Part shown: piece after piece, positions 38,568-51,421 of the stretch
Numbering within the stretch: the first letter of the stretch is position 1
Layout: the number at the start of each line of letters is the position of its first letter
Assembly: GCA_965235115.1 (NCBI GenBank)
Contig: OZ249436.1
Location: forward strand, 18,106,001-18,170,000
Direction of reading: 5' to 3'
Source of the DNA: Laetmonice hystrix
Taxonomy: Eukaryota
Length of the DNA stretch: 64,000 bases
The notes under the pieces: generated by a model
Seen by the model: the letters and a program-made list of their open reading frames with translations, nothing else
What the model was told of the DNA's origin: nothing
Databases searched by the model: none
Position numbers and translations under genes: made by a program

Positions 38568-39247
38568 TGTCAGACAGACCAAATCAGGCAAATGGACGAA
38601 TCCCACGAGGCAATGATTCAGTAGATTACACAACGGCATTTATTTATAACTTTAGTCTGCCAGTACACACTGGAGGCTGACCTCAATCAAGTGTGACTTG
38701 AGGAAGGTCTGTGAATAGCAAATTGCAAGGTTGACCTCACACTCATGAAGGATGAGGTCGACCTTACACTCTCCCTCGAGTTATCCTTGAGTACTCCTGA
38801 GGATGAGGTTGAGTGATGTCCGTGAATACGGGCCTGAGAGTTGACCGGGTGAAACTGAAACTGAAAGTTCAAGTTGACCGGGCAGGGGCGACCTTGACGT
38901 CCACGGTGCGAGTTTGAAAGTAGTTTGTCTCGAGAAAACCAGGGTAAAAAGTGACCTCGAGTCGCCTACGTACCTTGTGGCGCCCAACAAAAACGGTTCG
39001 TTTCCCGCTGTCTGATATAATTTCTATGCGGTGCATCACACTCGCTCTCCCTCGGATTTCCCCGTTGAGAGGAAGTAACTGGCGCCACCTGGTGAGAGGA
39101 AGTAACTGGCGCCACCTGGTGAGTATGTGCGGTGCATAAGGAAACCGACTGACTGGTCCCCTGCACACTCCTCCAGCCCCTCGGAGATTGAGACAGGTAC
39201 ACACCAGCAAAAACGGGCTAATTTAGGCCCGAATTTATATTCTGACG
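38568..39247 (-). mobile_element. Possible solo LTR
   Basis: Ends TGTCAGA / TCTGACG, AATAAA on the minus strand near 38640, terminal ~100 bp repeated (inverted) from 40001 starting TGTCAGA; no TSD found. Confidence 0.3.
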
Positions 39248-39411
39248 TCAAAAAAAAAAGATCAGTAGACAATCAGTAGACGTAGAAAAAAACATTATGC
39301 ATCGGTGTGCGCCAATGAGAGCGGGTCGCTCTTCGGCCAATGAAATGGGCTAACGCGCTGCTGTGTACCTGTCTCTATCTTCGATAGGAGTTGAACAGGG
39401 AACCAGTCAGT

Positions 39412-40320
39412 GTAGGTAGTTCCTATGATTATCGTCAGATGGCGCCAGGGTTTGTGCAAGTAGTTCCTATAACTATCGTCAGATGGCGCCAGGGTTTGTG
39501 TAGGTAGTTCCTATAACTATCGTCAGATGGCGCCAGGGGTTGTGTAGGTAGTTTCTATCATTATCGTCAGATGGCACCAGGGTTTGTGTAAGTAGTTCCT
39601 ATAACTATCGTCAGATGGCGCCAGGGGTTGTGTAGGTAGTTCCTATCATTATCGTCAGATGGCACCAGGGTTTGTGTAAGTAGTTCCTATTTGGCGACTG
39701 GTCGCAACTGGTTGCTTTGTCTGAGCGGGCTGCCAACGCGACTGGACCGTTGCTAGCGGTAATAACCAATAAGAGACAATCATTTATAGTTCGCTTGGCG
39801 ATTACAACGTCACAATCGCATTGTGACGTAACAGGATCACTGTAGCAGCGGCAGTCGCGTTGCTCTGTGTGAGCTCTCCCGTCTTTCAGTCGTGTGCAAC
39901 TTGCGATTCACTGCAACTGTTGCCGTTGCAAGGAATCGCGTTGCATCGCTCTGTCTGAGCCCGCCATAAGTGACCTGTCGCTCCGGGGGTATTTTTTGGA
40001 TGTCAGAATTCAAATTCGGGCCTAAATTAGCCCGTTTTTTGCTGGTGTGTACCTGTCTCAATCTCCGAGGGGAGGGAGGAGTGAGCAGGGGACCAGTCAG
40101 AGGTTTGTGTACGTAGTTCCTATAACTATCGTCAGATGGCGCCAGTGGTTGTGTAGGTAGTTCCTATCATTATCGTCAGATGGCGCAGGGTTTATTTAGG
40201 TAGTTCCTACGATTATCGTCAGATGGCGCCAGGGGTTGTGTAGGTAGTTCCTATGATTATCGTTAGATGGTGCTAGGGTTTATGTAGGTAGTTCCGATGA
40301 TTATCGTGAGATGGCGCCCG
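39412..40320 (+). repeat. Two arrays (6 + 5 copies) of a 44-bp unit containing CAGATGGCGC
   Basis: Unit GTAGGTAGTTCCTATAACTATCGTCAGATGGCGCCAGGGTTTGT at 39412-39690 and 40102-40320. Confidence 0.9.
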
Positions 40321-41441
40321 GGACTACCCTTCTCTGGCTGGGGTCGGCAGAGATCATCTTCCTGGCCTTCCTTCACCGACCACCTTGACAACAGCATCTT
40401 CCTTGCAGTCCTGCCCCCCCCCCCGACTGGTTACCGGCTCAACTGCTTTTGGAGATAGAGACAGGTACACAGCAGCGTGTTAGCCCATTTCATTGGCTGA
40501 AGAGCGACTCGCTTCTGATTGGCGCACACCGATGCCAAACTTTCGCACTCGTGCTGATATTACTCCGCGCTTGCCGCCTCGTCTGATACAGAATCCCATA
40601 TCACACAGATGGCTGCCAAGCGGCCATTCTGAACGATATCAAAAATTTCTTCCACCTGCATCGATCATTCATGCTACGAAGGTACCTGATCTTGTGTTGA
40701 AATAATGAAGAGGTTTGGTCCACGCGTTATTGAGATATCGTTGTCCAAGAACAGATTGACGCCAATACAGACGTATGTAAGGCGCCACGTACGGACGGAC
40801 GTAGGGTTTTAGAAGACCCCGGTAGGCGGCTAAAAAGTATAAATAGTCCACAATTTACCCTAATTTGTAACAATTTGTTAGAATACTTAAAGCGAGCTTG
40901 ACAGATTTGCGGTGTTGACTGTTGAATTCATTTCTGTATGTCTTTTAAAATGTAAGTCTGAAAAGTCTTCCACATGGCTCCGATGCTCTCAGCTTGAAAA
41001 AATTCCCAGACTTTTCACAGATCTTTGACTTTTTCCATAACTCCTTTAGGACTCCTTCCAGTTTTTCTTAGAATTTGACTTGGATGATGATCCGCATCCC
41101 AACTGTGAATCATTCACCTGGAATTCGAGTCTCTTATAAAATTCTTGGACTTTTCCCAGTCCAGGCCCCAGTATCAAATTCCCAGACTTTTCCTGGGGTT
41201 CCTGGACTCGTGGGAACCATGCATACACTACCTACCAGATTATGGATTCTTTAAAAAAAGGATAAAAATATTTACACCTTAAAAAGGGATAAAAAATGGC
41301 TTGTCTTTTCATTAAAAAGTACCGTATAATACTTTTTAAAAGTACAAAGTGGCAGCACTGCCTTCACATTGAAACTCAAAAATGGAAGAGCTTGGATCGT
41401 TGTAAATTATAAAGTGGAAAAATATGTTGTTGTTATCTTTT

Positions 41442-41447
41442 TTTATT
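41442..41447 (-). terminator. Candidate polyadenylation signal of PSMD12
   Basis: AATAAA on the minus strand ~145 nt after the stop codon. Confidence 0.45.
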
Positions 41448-41590
41448 AGAGACAATTACTTAGAATACATGTCATTAATGTATAATGTAAATGAGCACAC
41501 GTGTGGCTTACACTCATTTCCACACTCAGCGATAATGAAACCCCAGAACAGCCGTTTTTATCCCCCCCCCCCCTTCAAATTGGATGATGG

Positions 41591-44500
41591 TTAGTGTAGT
41601 TTGTGAACCATCTCCTCCTTGGTGATGAGGTGCGTGGTTTTGTTAACCAAGTTCATGATGGAGTTGACGCTGTGAGACCATTCGTTGAGGATGTCGTTGG
41701 GATCCTTGCTCCGTCGGAAGTGTACAAGACCTTCCAAACGATCAATCTTGGAAGTCACTGTTTTGTTCACCACCAACTTGGACAGGAACTCTTCTGTTTC
41801 CTGCAGTAGAATTTAAATGTCAGTGCCATAGTGATAACCATACATTTGTTCAATTGAATGCGGATCATAAATCGTCCAATGAATAACAGTGAAATTTTGC
41901 TACTTTTGAGAAAATTGATTTGAAACTTTGAGGAACTGTGAAAAATCAGTCAATGAAGGAAATCCCCTCCCCCACAGTTGTATTTGTTTCATTAGTCTTA
42001 AGGGCTAAGGGTTCTATTTTCAGTATTTGCCCCTTGCACCGGTACTGCCAAAAATGCCCCCAAAAGTGCCAAAATTTCACTTGCAACCTTACGAGCATGG
42101 GTACGAGGTGTACTACAAAATATTGGGTATACTACTTTAATTACTGGTACTTGAAATTTGCACTTTCTATTGCACTACTGGTGCTGGATTTTTTCTGGCC
42201 AAAATAGTATCAAAATTTCACTTGCAACCTTTTGTTTTGACTCTTTTGCCAGTACCATATAGTACCTACATAAATTCTATTGTCACAAGACTTACAACAA
42301 CAAAATATTGGGCATGCTACTTTACTCGAAATTTGCATTTTCTATTGCACTACTGACACTGGATTTCTTACAACTTAGGCAATATCACAGTTTCCTTTGC
42401 ACATGCCCTGATATAATTTGTGACCTTGTGCTTCTCTAAAGTGTGCACTTAACACCTTGTGTTAGTCATCATCTAAGCATAGTATACACATGTTGACTGG
42501 CCAGGAGGGCAACAGCATATATGTCTGTTCCCCCAGGGGACCTGTTGATCACCCCAAAATCAATCTATTTCCTGAGGGCATCGCCCGAGGGAAATAGATG
42601 ATTTTGGGGTGATCAACATGGCCCTCAGGAAATAGATTGATTTTGGGGTGATCAACAGGTCCCTTGGGGGAACAGAAGTATGCTGTTGCCCGAATAAGGC
42701 CAGTCAACATGTGTTTTATAACACGCCACATCTACATGAATTTCATAGCGACTATGATTCCCGGCGACTGGGTGTGTTATTTTTAGTTCTCAGTCTGCGA
42801 GTGTGACCTACATTAATTAGACCGTTCTTTTACTTTGGCACACATCACTCACTCTGATGCCACTCCTAGATCTGAATCTCTCTTTCATATAAATTCAAAA
42901 GCGTTTTAAGTGCGGAAAAGTTCTTGTCCACCATTTTCTCAGAAGTTCTGCAGGTAGGGTAGGCCGAACTCTTTCCCATGGGCAATAGTTCCACAACTGT
43001 TGCCCGGTAAAGCATGATACAGCATTAAAATGATTTGGACCACGTGACCCAGAACCAACCAATCAGAGCACAGGAAACAAAGTAAGCGTGTTATAATTTC
43101 ATTTGCTACCATGTGATGGTCACTGTTTTCAAAGTACATTTCATGTCACTTGCTACCTTTGCTGACCAACTAAAGGGAACACCTCCGTAGTGCTTCATGG
43201 TGATAAAAAAGGGTTTCACCAGGAATGTCACTTGCGACCTTGTGTTATTCATGGGACGAAATGCATAGACAAGAATGACATAGTATTTCTGCACATTAAC
43301 ATGATTATAAGAGAAGTATAAGAGAAAGTCGGTTAATACTGGAAAAGGAAACCTACTGCCTCCGTGAGGTCCAGCAGAGCTGCCATCCTCTTCATGTGGA
43401 TGCGGGTATAGTACTTGGCCATCACACGGATATTCTACGCAAATAACAAAAACAGTCCATATTAGTCCTGGATCAAAACAAAACATTGTTAGAAATTTCC
43501 CTTGTAAGAGTACCCCAGACAACAAATCAGTACTGACCTTAAAGTTAGGAAAACACAACCTAATTTTGTCCTGAAATTTCTCCCAGAAGCTTAGGGGTGT
43601 TCCTTTATACATGTACATGGACCGTTTCATCTTTGACACTATTTTACCTCAGTAAGTCAGGATTTTCATTCCCTCTGAATGAACTGGTTCTGTTTACATT
43701 ATCTCTCGAGCACAGAACTGGTTGTATAACACACAATGGGATTTTATTGCATCAGCCCAACAAAAACGAGGCAGCTTCTGACTTTAGGCCACACGAGAAC
43801 AGCTTGGCCAATTGGTATTCCCCATAGACCTATTGGCAAGCAATTTAAATTTTAGGGGAAATCTTTTAAATCTGAAGGACCTGAAACACCATTTCCAACA
43901 GTCTCAGGCAAATATTTCTGTCAAAGAGCCTTGGTAAATTGATTTTAGCAGTTTTTTTTATGACTGCAACGTCAACTTCACCTGGATAATCAAGTGAAGT
44001 AATTTGTTTACTCGTGTGACGCGAGTATTATGAGAATCCGACGAAAATATCTTTCTTAGGTCGTTGCTTTTGGGAGCAGATCTTCAGAATCGGGATTTTT
44101 CTGATCATGACCGAGGGTGCGCCACAATTCGTTTTTCAAGCAAAACCGGGAAAATCCAGACGAAATGCTAAAATTGTCTGAGTTACTGCTCAAAATGTGT
44201 TTACATCCAAGATGGTTGCTGAGTGGCCATTTTAAATGATACCAAAATTCTGTTTGAAATGCATCATCCTCAGATCGTTCCTGTGTAAAGTTTATGATTT
44301 CTCACTCTTTTCTGTACTCGCATGTGTTACTTGTTACTTAGAGCCACTTGTAGTTATACAATCAATTAATATCTTTGAAAATAAATCATGGCAGACAAGC
44401 CAGAGTTTTTATCCTTTCGATACATACATGCTCAACCACTCTAATTTTGAGATCCTTCCACCGTTTGTTTCCATCTTCAGATTTAGCAGAGAACACAGCA

Positions 44501-47500
44501 GCTGAGGCCACGCCTTGCGTACTGCTACGGAGGTCAGCCTCATACTCCTTACACAACTCACGCCAGTTCATCAGTTCATGGGTGGTGAACAGACTGAGTA
44601 GCTCTCTGAAAGTACCAGGAAGTTAGCAAGAAGAAATCAAAGCATGGTCAAAACTAAAACTGGACTATGAACACATTTTATTATGTCAGAAGTTTATAAA
44701 GTTCCTTCACACTTTGATAGCAAAAGATGCATGCATATTAGCTGCTTGAAATCAAAGTACATGTACAGGGATCAGATTTTGGGGGATAAATTGTGAAAGA
44801 CTATTATGAAAGAATGATATAGACCATAAAGCTTCGATATGTAATAATCAGTGCAATTCGTTCCATTTGCAGAGTGACAGAAAATGACTTACTTGTACTT
44901 TGGAATGTCACTGATCGTTTTGTCCTGTTCCACTCTATGGATGAGGTCTGACTGTTCATTGTCAAAAGGGGCCAATACCAGATAGAGAACTACACACTTC
45001 AGTACCTGCAGGTCAGAGAAGAAACAACATTTCAGTGTCCCAACATGGCCAAGTAAGCAACATCCACGTTTTGATAACACCGTACAACATGAGTGATTCA
45101 GCAGCAGAGCAGTATTTGCAGAGAGAAACTTCCTTGTCACAATAAGGCTCAAAAAAGTTTGAGGGGCTATTCATTGTGTTTTTTTGGAGGAGCAATTTTT
45201 AAAATTTGATTTGCAATTTCCTGAAACTGATCATGTACCTGAATCAGATACCATCCCCCTCCCCCAAACGAACTTTTTATTGTAGTTTTTGGGGAAAAAA
45301 CAAGAATAACATCTTATTTTGGAATAACAGTCACTTCAAAGCAGCCAAGTTTACAAGGGCTACAGGAAAAATTTCATAAATATTTAGCAATATCAAAACA
45401 CAACATCACAGATCATGTACACAAACACGTGTGGATCTAGCATATTGGAAGGGGGGGGAGGGCAAAACAGAAATATGGCAGAAGTGGTGTCCAAAATGGT
45501 CAATCAGAAAGCTCTGTGAATAAGTATGGAAAAGTAATGCCAAATCGAGGAGGGGGAGGAGCTGTCTTGGTTAATTTAAAGCTATTTTTTGTGCGCTTAT
45601 TTTGAGCGCCTTGCACAACATGGCCATCTTTTACCAAATGAGGCATTTATGTGAGGGAGCTGTTTTACCTCCTTGAGTTTATCAGAATCGTCCTTGATGA
45701 TATCAGTGTTAGCCATGGCACGGTAGTGTTTACAGATGGCCAGGTAAGCCCCATCATGTTGGTCCAACTCAATCATCAGCTCATAGAACTTCAGCTTCAA
45801 CTCCTGCAATCACACAATTCACACCTGGCGCACGTCACAGCAGGCTAAGAAAAAGGTTACTAAACAGGAAAAAAAAACTTTCCATACAGCCGAGTACAAA
45901 CTCATACGAATACCGGACTGTCTTCTACCATCCCAATCGACTTGTTTTTTGGGGGGCAAATTTGAAATACTTTTACCGGCTGAATATTGACACGTTAAGA
46001 CAAGTCATGTGTAGGTTACCTACAATACAATGGGTTGAATGGCCACTTACATCAACTTCCTTCTCTTCAAAGAATTTTGAGGATATTTTTTTACTGATGA
46101 TTTGTGTGCGGATGTAATCTTTTTTTGCCAAACACAAGCGCATCTGCTCAAGGATAAATTCGACTTTTTCACGCTTTTCCATGGATCCAAACGTTTCGAC
46201 CTGTAAAAGAAAAAAACGCTTATGTAAAGTATCAAAGCTGTAGTTCCACTATATCTTTCAATTTCCTTAGCCTCACTGGTGATGCAAAAGACTATCAATA
46301 TAGTACAGGTGAAGCACCGACAGTTCCATACTGCCGTAAATTTGGTAATTAGGTAATGTACCATACTTTGGTGTCTATAAGACACTACTTTTTAACCTAA
46401 GATGACCACTGTTATTTTTTGGTTATAAGATGGCCCTCCATATCCAGAATGTCTTACATTCTGGAAAGTTGACATGATGAAGAGCAAATCACTTGCCTGT
46501 AATTCTTGTAAGATAGTTGCAGCCTCTGCAACATTACCCTGGTCTTCCTTAATCTTGGCCAGTGTGCGGGTCAAACGAGCACGTTCAATCTCCACATAGA
46601 TCTGAAATTAAATACACTACCTTGCTAGACAACCATCAGATTCTTCACCGTTTCGATGCTGAGAAAATTTCTTCTTTTATGGGAATTTGGGCCTATATCC
46701 TAAAATTTAGCATTGCCAAGGGTGAGGAAAATTGTTACCTTGCCAGCTGTGACTGTGCGAAGTGTATCAATGAGTTTCATCTTTGTTTCCAGGTTTGGTG
46801 TCTTCTCAACGTACGTACATGCCTCCTGCACCATTTTTGTCACCGCCTGAAAAGATTCAGGTGAACTTTAAAACAAGTACACAGTTAAGTACACAGGTAC
46901 ACTGGGTACACAGTGAACCCCATTTAAAATCACATCTAGGTCAGTTGACTAAGCCTTAAATCAGCTCTTCTTAATCATGCATAGAATATGATAGAATAAA
47001 TTGCATAAATTTGTAATCCCTTTTACAACAACTGTAAGCAAAATTTTGAGGAGGAAAGAGTACTTCTTCTACCTCTAGTGTGAACTTACCTGTTTTAGCT
47101 GTCCTCGTCGCTTTGTTAGCAAGACTATATTTTCATTCAATAAATCCCATTTCTTGTTTTCGAAACACAGCTTTACAATGGCCTCCAGGATGCGGCTAGT
47201 TGAATGCATGTCAGCACCCTTAAACAAAATGAATTACTGTGACATCTGTGAGATGATACTGAGAGAGTCTACTGTTATCAATATTCAATTTAAGAATAAG
47301 GTAATATTTAACCAAACTGGGGCAATGTCAGACAGTATAAATCATAGTTTTAGTACTTTGAAAAAGGCTGGTCAGAACCATGGAACATGTGCAATATTTA
47401 AAAAAACCAGATTCTGATCGCCAAGCAATACAGGCAGGATCCCCTTTACCCAATGGTTTTCTACATTACCTACATTTTTCTCTCCTTTAATTTGACTATC

Positions 47501-50500
47501 CTGTGATTCCGCCAACTGTTCCAAAATGTACCTGACACTACCGTTCCGAGAGAAAAATGTAACCTGTAGTGTAATAATAGAAAACCATTGGGGAAATGGG
47601 TTCCTACCTGTATTTCTTGGCAATCAGAGTTTCTAGTTACTTACTGTTCTGGTTTGTTTCTCGAGTGCCAATAGAGTATCAATTGCTTCTGGTACCTTTC
47701 CTGACTGAAATGAAATAATCCATTACATATTATACAAAGCTGTCTCACATCCAGTCTAGTAGTCACTGCTAACACCTGGGAAATGTTTGATATAAAGGAT
47801 GTATTTTATATAATCTGGTAAAACACAAAGCAGGGCTTCCGCTAGGCAAAAAAATCCTTTAGCCACTGTGGCTAAGCCACATGTGAGATGCTTTAGCCAC
47901 TGTGGCAAACCAGATTCTAATTTTTCTAGCCACACTCTAAGCCAATTAGCCACAAAAGTAATTAGTGAATGCAAATATGGCAAAACAGAGGCCAGTCAGT
48001 GACTGCATGGGGGATTGGGGCTCCTGGGCCCGTTTTTTGGGGTTTATTTTTCCACCGTGAGCAAGGGTGAGCTGAGCTGAGCAAGGGTGAAAATGAGCTC
48101 ATTCTCACCGTTTTCGTGCTTTTTTGGGTGCTTTTTTTTCATGAAGCGTGCTCATGGCAAGCAAGCTCGCGGAAAAACACCCCAAAAAACGAAAACAGTG
48201 AGCAAAACGGTGAGCATGAGGTTCTGCTCACCCTTGCTCAGCTCAGCTCACCCTTGCTCACGGTGGAAAAGTAAACAAAAAAACTGGGCCCAGAAGTTGC
48301 ACAGGTCTGACCCTTTCCGGAGTATGCGTCGGCTGGAGAGCGTCGGCTGCCAATCCATCAGCCTTTTCAGTTGCCTGTCCTAAAGAGACAGAGAGCTGGG
48401 GCCATAGCCTGAGAAGACCGACAGCCGACGCTCTGCAACCGACGCATGCTCACGCAAGGGGTCAGTCCCTGCAGGTGGTTGACAATCATGATAGTTAGGA
48501 GTTCTCGGCTGCTGTCTCGAATTATTTTCGCCGGTTATGTTATATTATCGCCACAGATGTAAAAGCCGTTTTTTTGCCTTTCGGCCGAGTGGCGAGGGTT
48601 TTGGTACGGTATGTAACAAGCGCCACAAGCAACAGGCGGCCCGCCGGTGTACTTTTGTCTCCGGCCAGTGTACTGAGCACCTAAAGTGACCGCCAGTGTC
48701 CATTTTCACTGAGCACCCATGCCTCAGATGTGGATCTGTTGGGTGTACCCTTTCTGGTGGACCCACACAAATTGACACAATTGCAGGCCTCGAATTAGAA
48801 GTTAAAAGGGGCATGGCAAAAACTCCCGTCGATACATAAGAATCAACATCAAATTTTTCCAGGGCACGGCGGCAAATTTACGAGTAATTCGAGGCCTGCA
48901 ATTGTATCATAGGCTAAGTGAAAAGTACAATTTTGAAGCAGTAACACAGTCAAATTGTTTATTTAAAGTGTCCTTAGATTGAATCTTTTACCCCCCCCCC
49001 CCCCCCCCAAAAAAAAAAACCCCAACAACATGGGAATCCAGGCTGTCCCTGGACCCCCACAGGCCCCCAGACCCCCGGCTCGCCACCGGTGTGACATTTC
49101 ATCCTGTGGAGAACACAGCAGCCCCAGGCTAGTGTTACAATTTATGGCTGTAAGATATCAGATCTATGTATACATTCAACTTGTAATTTGAAGTTTCTGT
49201 ATTGAAAATTAGTGGGGGGGGGATATCCCCCCACAGAATGGCACAGATCCTGAGTGGGGGGGTTGAACCCCCCCAGTCTCCCCCCTGGGGAAACCTAGCC
49301 TACGTAGTAAGCCTCAGCGAGTGAGGCTTACGACCACTCAATGTTAAAAGTTGGTGTGTCACGGACACCTCCAATTCATGTCAAAATGGCCGTGATAGGC
49401 AGAGAGCGAAATTCGTCGATTCCAGACTTTGTGCTGCCCTTATTATGTCTCATTGTGCTTTCCAAACTTGGAAATAAGTAAGATAAGTTACTTTAAGCGT
49501 GTTTATCAATATTCAGTCCAGATATATGGGCAGGGGGGGTGTACATCGAAATCAGCCGCCGCTCGAAATCGGCTGCGCATAAGTTACAGGCGGCCGTACT
49601 CGACCAGGTGGTCACAGTGGTTTGAAATCGGCTGGGCGGTTAAGGTTAGGCCTAACGTTAGGGTTAGTGTTAGTAGGGTTAAGGTTAAGGTTAGGCCTAG
49701 GGTTAGTGGTAGTTTAGTCCCGCAGGCGGTTCTGCCAGCAGAGCTGCCCACGTGCTACGCCCGCTCATCCGTAGCGTAGGCTAGGTTGTTACGGGCGGCC
49801 GATTTCGAGCGGCGGCCGATTTCGAGCGAGACCGGCAGGGGAGGGGTTTTCATGGTGGTCTAATGATTTGACCGAACACGCCAGGAACTTACACAAAGTG
49901 GCGTCCGTCTCTACGGTAGTAGTACAGAGTCTCTGTCTAGGCCTAGGCCAGGGGAAACCTAGCCAACTCGTCAGCTCTGTGTTCCAAACAGAGCTGACGC
50001 TATGGTGGCCCAAAAATCAAGGGACTTTGTTATATTGCCGTCCCCAAACCAAAAAATATATCACAAAGTTCGGAACTGTGCTTAGCTTTGCGGTGGTGTA
50101 AACCTTTAAGGCGGTGGCGTAAATCTTGATGAATAATCACAACTTTTATCCAGCGACTCGCGCATGTTTACCGAGCGGCGCCATTTTGCCTGTCTCGCGG
50201 GCATTACGACAGCCTTGATCATCACGCCCTCTGGCGTTACGACAGCTCAAATCGGGGGAGCATTCATTTTGCGATATTGGCCCTTCTGGAACGCTTTAGA
50301 CCGCAGTTGTATAGAGTTGTTACCGGGTATTAATTCATTTGGAATTAACTCTACCTAGGCCAAGGTCCTGCAAGACGTCGATATCGCCTGTGCACTGCAT
50401 GCTCGATCAAATGGCGCGGACTGCCTATCAGACAAAGTTAGTTCGCGGCGTAGATATTACGAACTGCTCCCTGACACCGGAAGTGACGTTTGTCCCCAGT

Positions 50501-51222
50501 AATAGACCATGGCGGCGGAATGGAATGAAATGTGCTGCTTTGAACATATTTCACCAAATTTCTATGAACAACAGGGACATAAAGATCTTTATTTCTTATG
50601 CAATCGCTCAAGATTAGTCTGTACCATGATTTTCTTCGCGTGATTACACGGTAGGAGGGAGGGAGTAGTGGTAAGGTGTTTCGATGGGATTTAAAGTGGG
50701 CTTACGTCCATCTCTCGGCTAGCCTAGAGAGATGGATATTCTGTCTAGGGGAAACCCTGATAGTAACCATATCATATGGATCAGTCAGAGGCAGAGCCAT
50801 CAAGTTTGACATAAATTTGTATTTGAGCCTTGAGGGAGCCTTCCAACTATCACAAACATAGTCGCAACTCTGGAGGCAAAAAGGAGCTGGGTTTCTGCCA
50901 GAAAATATATTTGTAATTGACGGGGGGATAATCCGGGTGTAATAATAGTTAGATTACGATCTCTGGTAGTCTTGGGCGATATTTCGGGTATTATCCATCC
51001 CCCCACCCGGCCACCGTGCGTAGTGACTTGCAGAAACCGGGAATAGACTAGTCTACCGCTAAGCGTTTGCACCTGAGGCTGAGACTGAGTTACGCACTCC
51101 ACATACTTAGCCCCGTCATAGATTATACTTACTTTAGCTAATTTTTCGCATTCCGGTATTTTCTCGTCCACAGTGGACGCGTAATTCACCTCCATTTTCT
51201 GTAACTTGCCGTCGTCACCCAT
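41591..51222 (-). CDS. PSMD12: 26S proteasome non-ATPase regulatory subunit 12 (Rpn5), 11 exons, ~451 aa
   Basis: Exons 51222-51133, 47704-47645, 47218-47090, 46846-46739, 46601-46497, 46200-46051, 45803-45669, 45005-44893, 44605-44428, 43434-43357, 41800-41591. Motifs [61 protein letters not shown]. Intron 5 is GC-AG. Confidence 0.97.
42486..43097. mobile_element. Hairpin-ended non-autonomous element (Crypton-like)
   Basis: Long hairpin 42486-42714 centred on GAGGGCATCGCCCGAG; distal end with CACGTGACC..CCAATCAGA; same architecture as the element at 13985-14451. Confidence 0.55.
48024..48293. mobile_element. Harbinger-like MITE
   Basis: CTGGGCCC...TTTTCCACCGTGAGCAAGGGTGAGCTGAGCTGAGCAAGGGTGA mirrored at 48228-48293; CWG ends. 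Confidence 0.75.
49545..49835 (-). mobile_element. Second copy of the TAACCC-containing element
   Basis: Inverted ends TCGAAATCAGCCGCCGCTCGAAATCGGC / GCCGATTTCGAGCGGCGGCCGATTTCGA; internal GGTTAGGGTTAAGG array; homologous to 38117-38405. Confidence 0.7.
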
Positions 51223-51421
51223 CTTGGCTGCAGAGTCGCGACTTTTTTGTCGTCGGTGGCCGGTGGCGCCGAGCCGGAAGTTGATTTCATTTTGAGGCTC
51301 TCGGTCATCACGCGAGGAAGGCCGAGTACCGCGGCCGTGTGGGTGTGTGTGATTGTTGATAAGTGGAAAGGACTACTTGTTTGCGTGAACAACGCTGTTC
51401 TATTGAGATATCAGTGTCATC
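51223..51421. promoter_or_regulatory. Bidirectional promoter / 5'UTR region between PSMD12 and PITPNC1
   Basis: Only 199 bp between divergent ATGs; CpG-rich; ETS/GABP-type CCGGAAGT at 51274-51281; YY1-like CAAGATGG overlapping the PSMD12 ATG. Confidence 0.7.
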
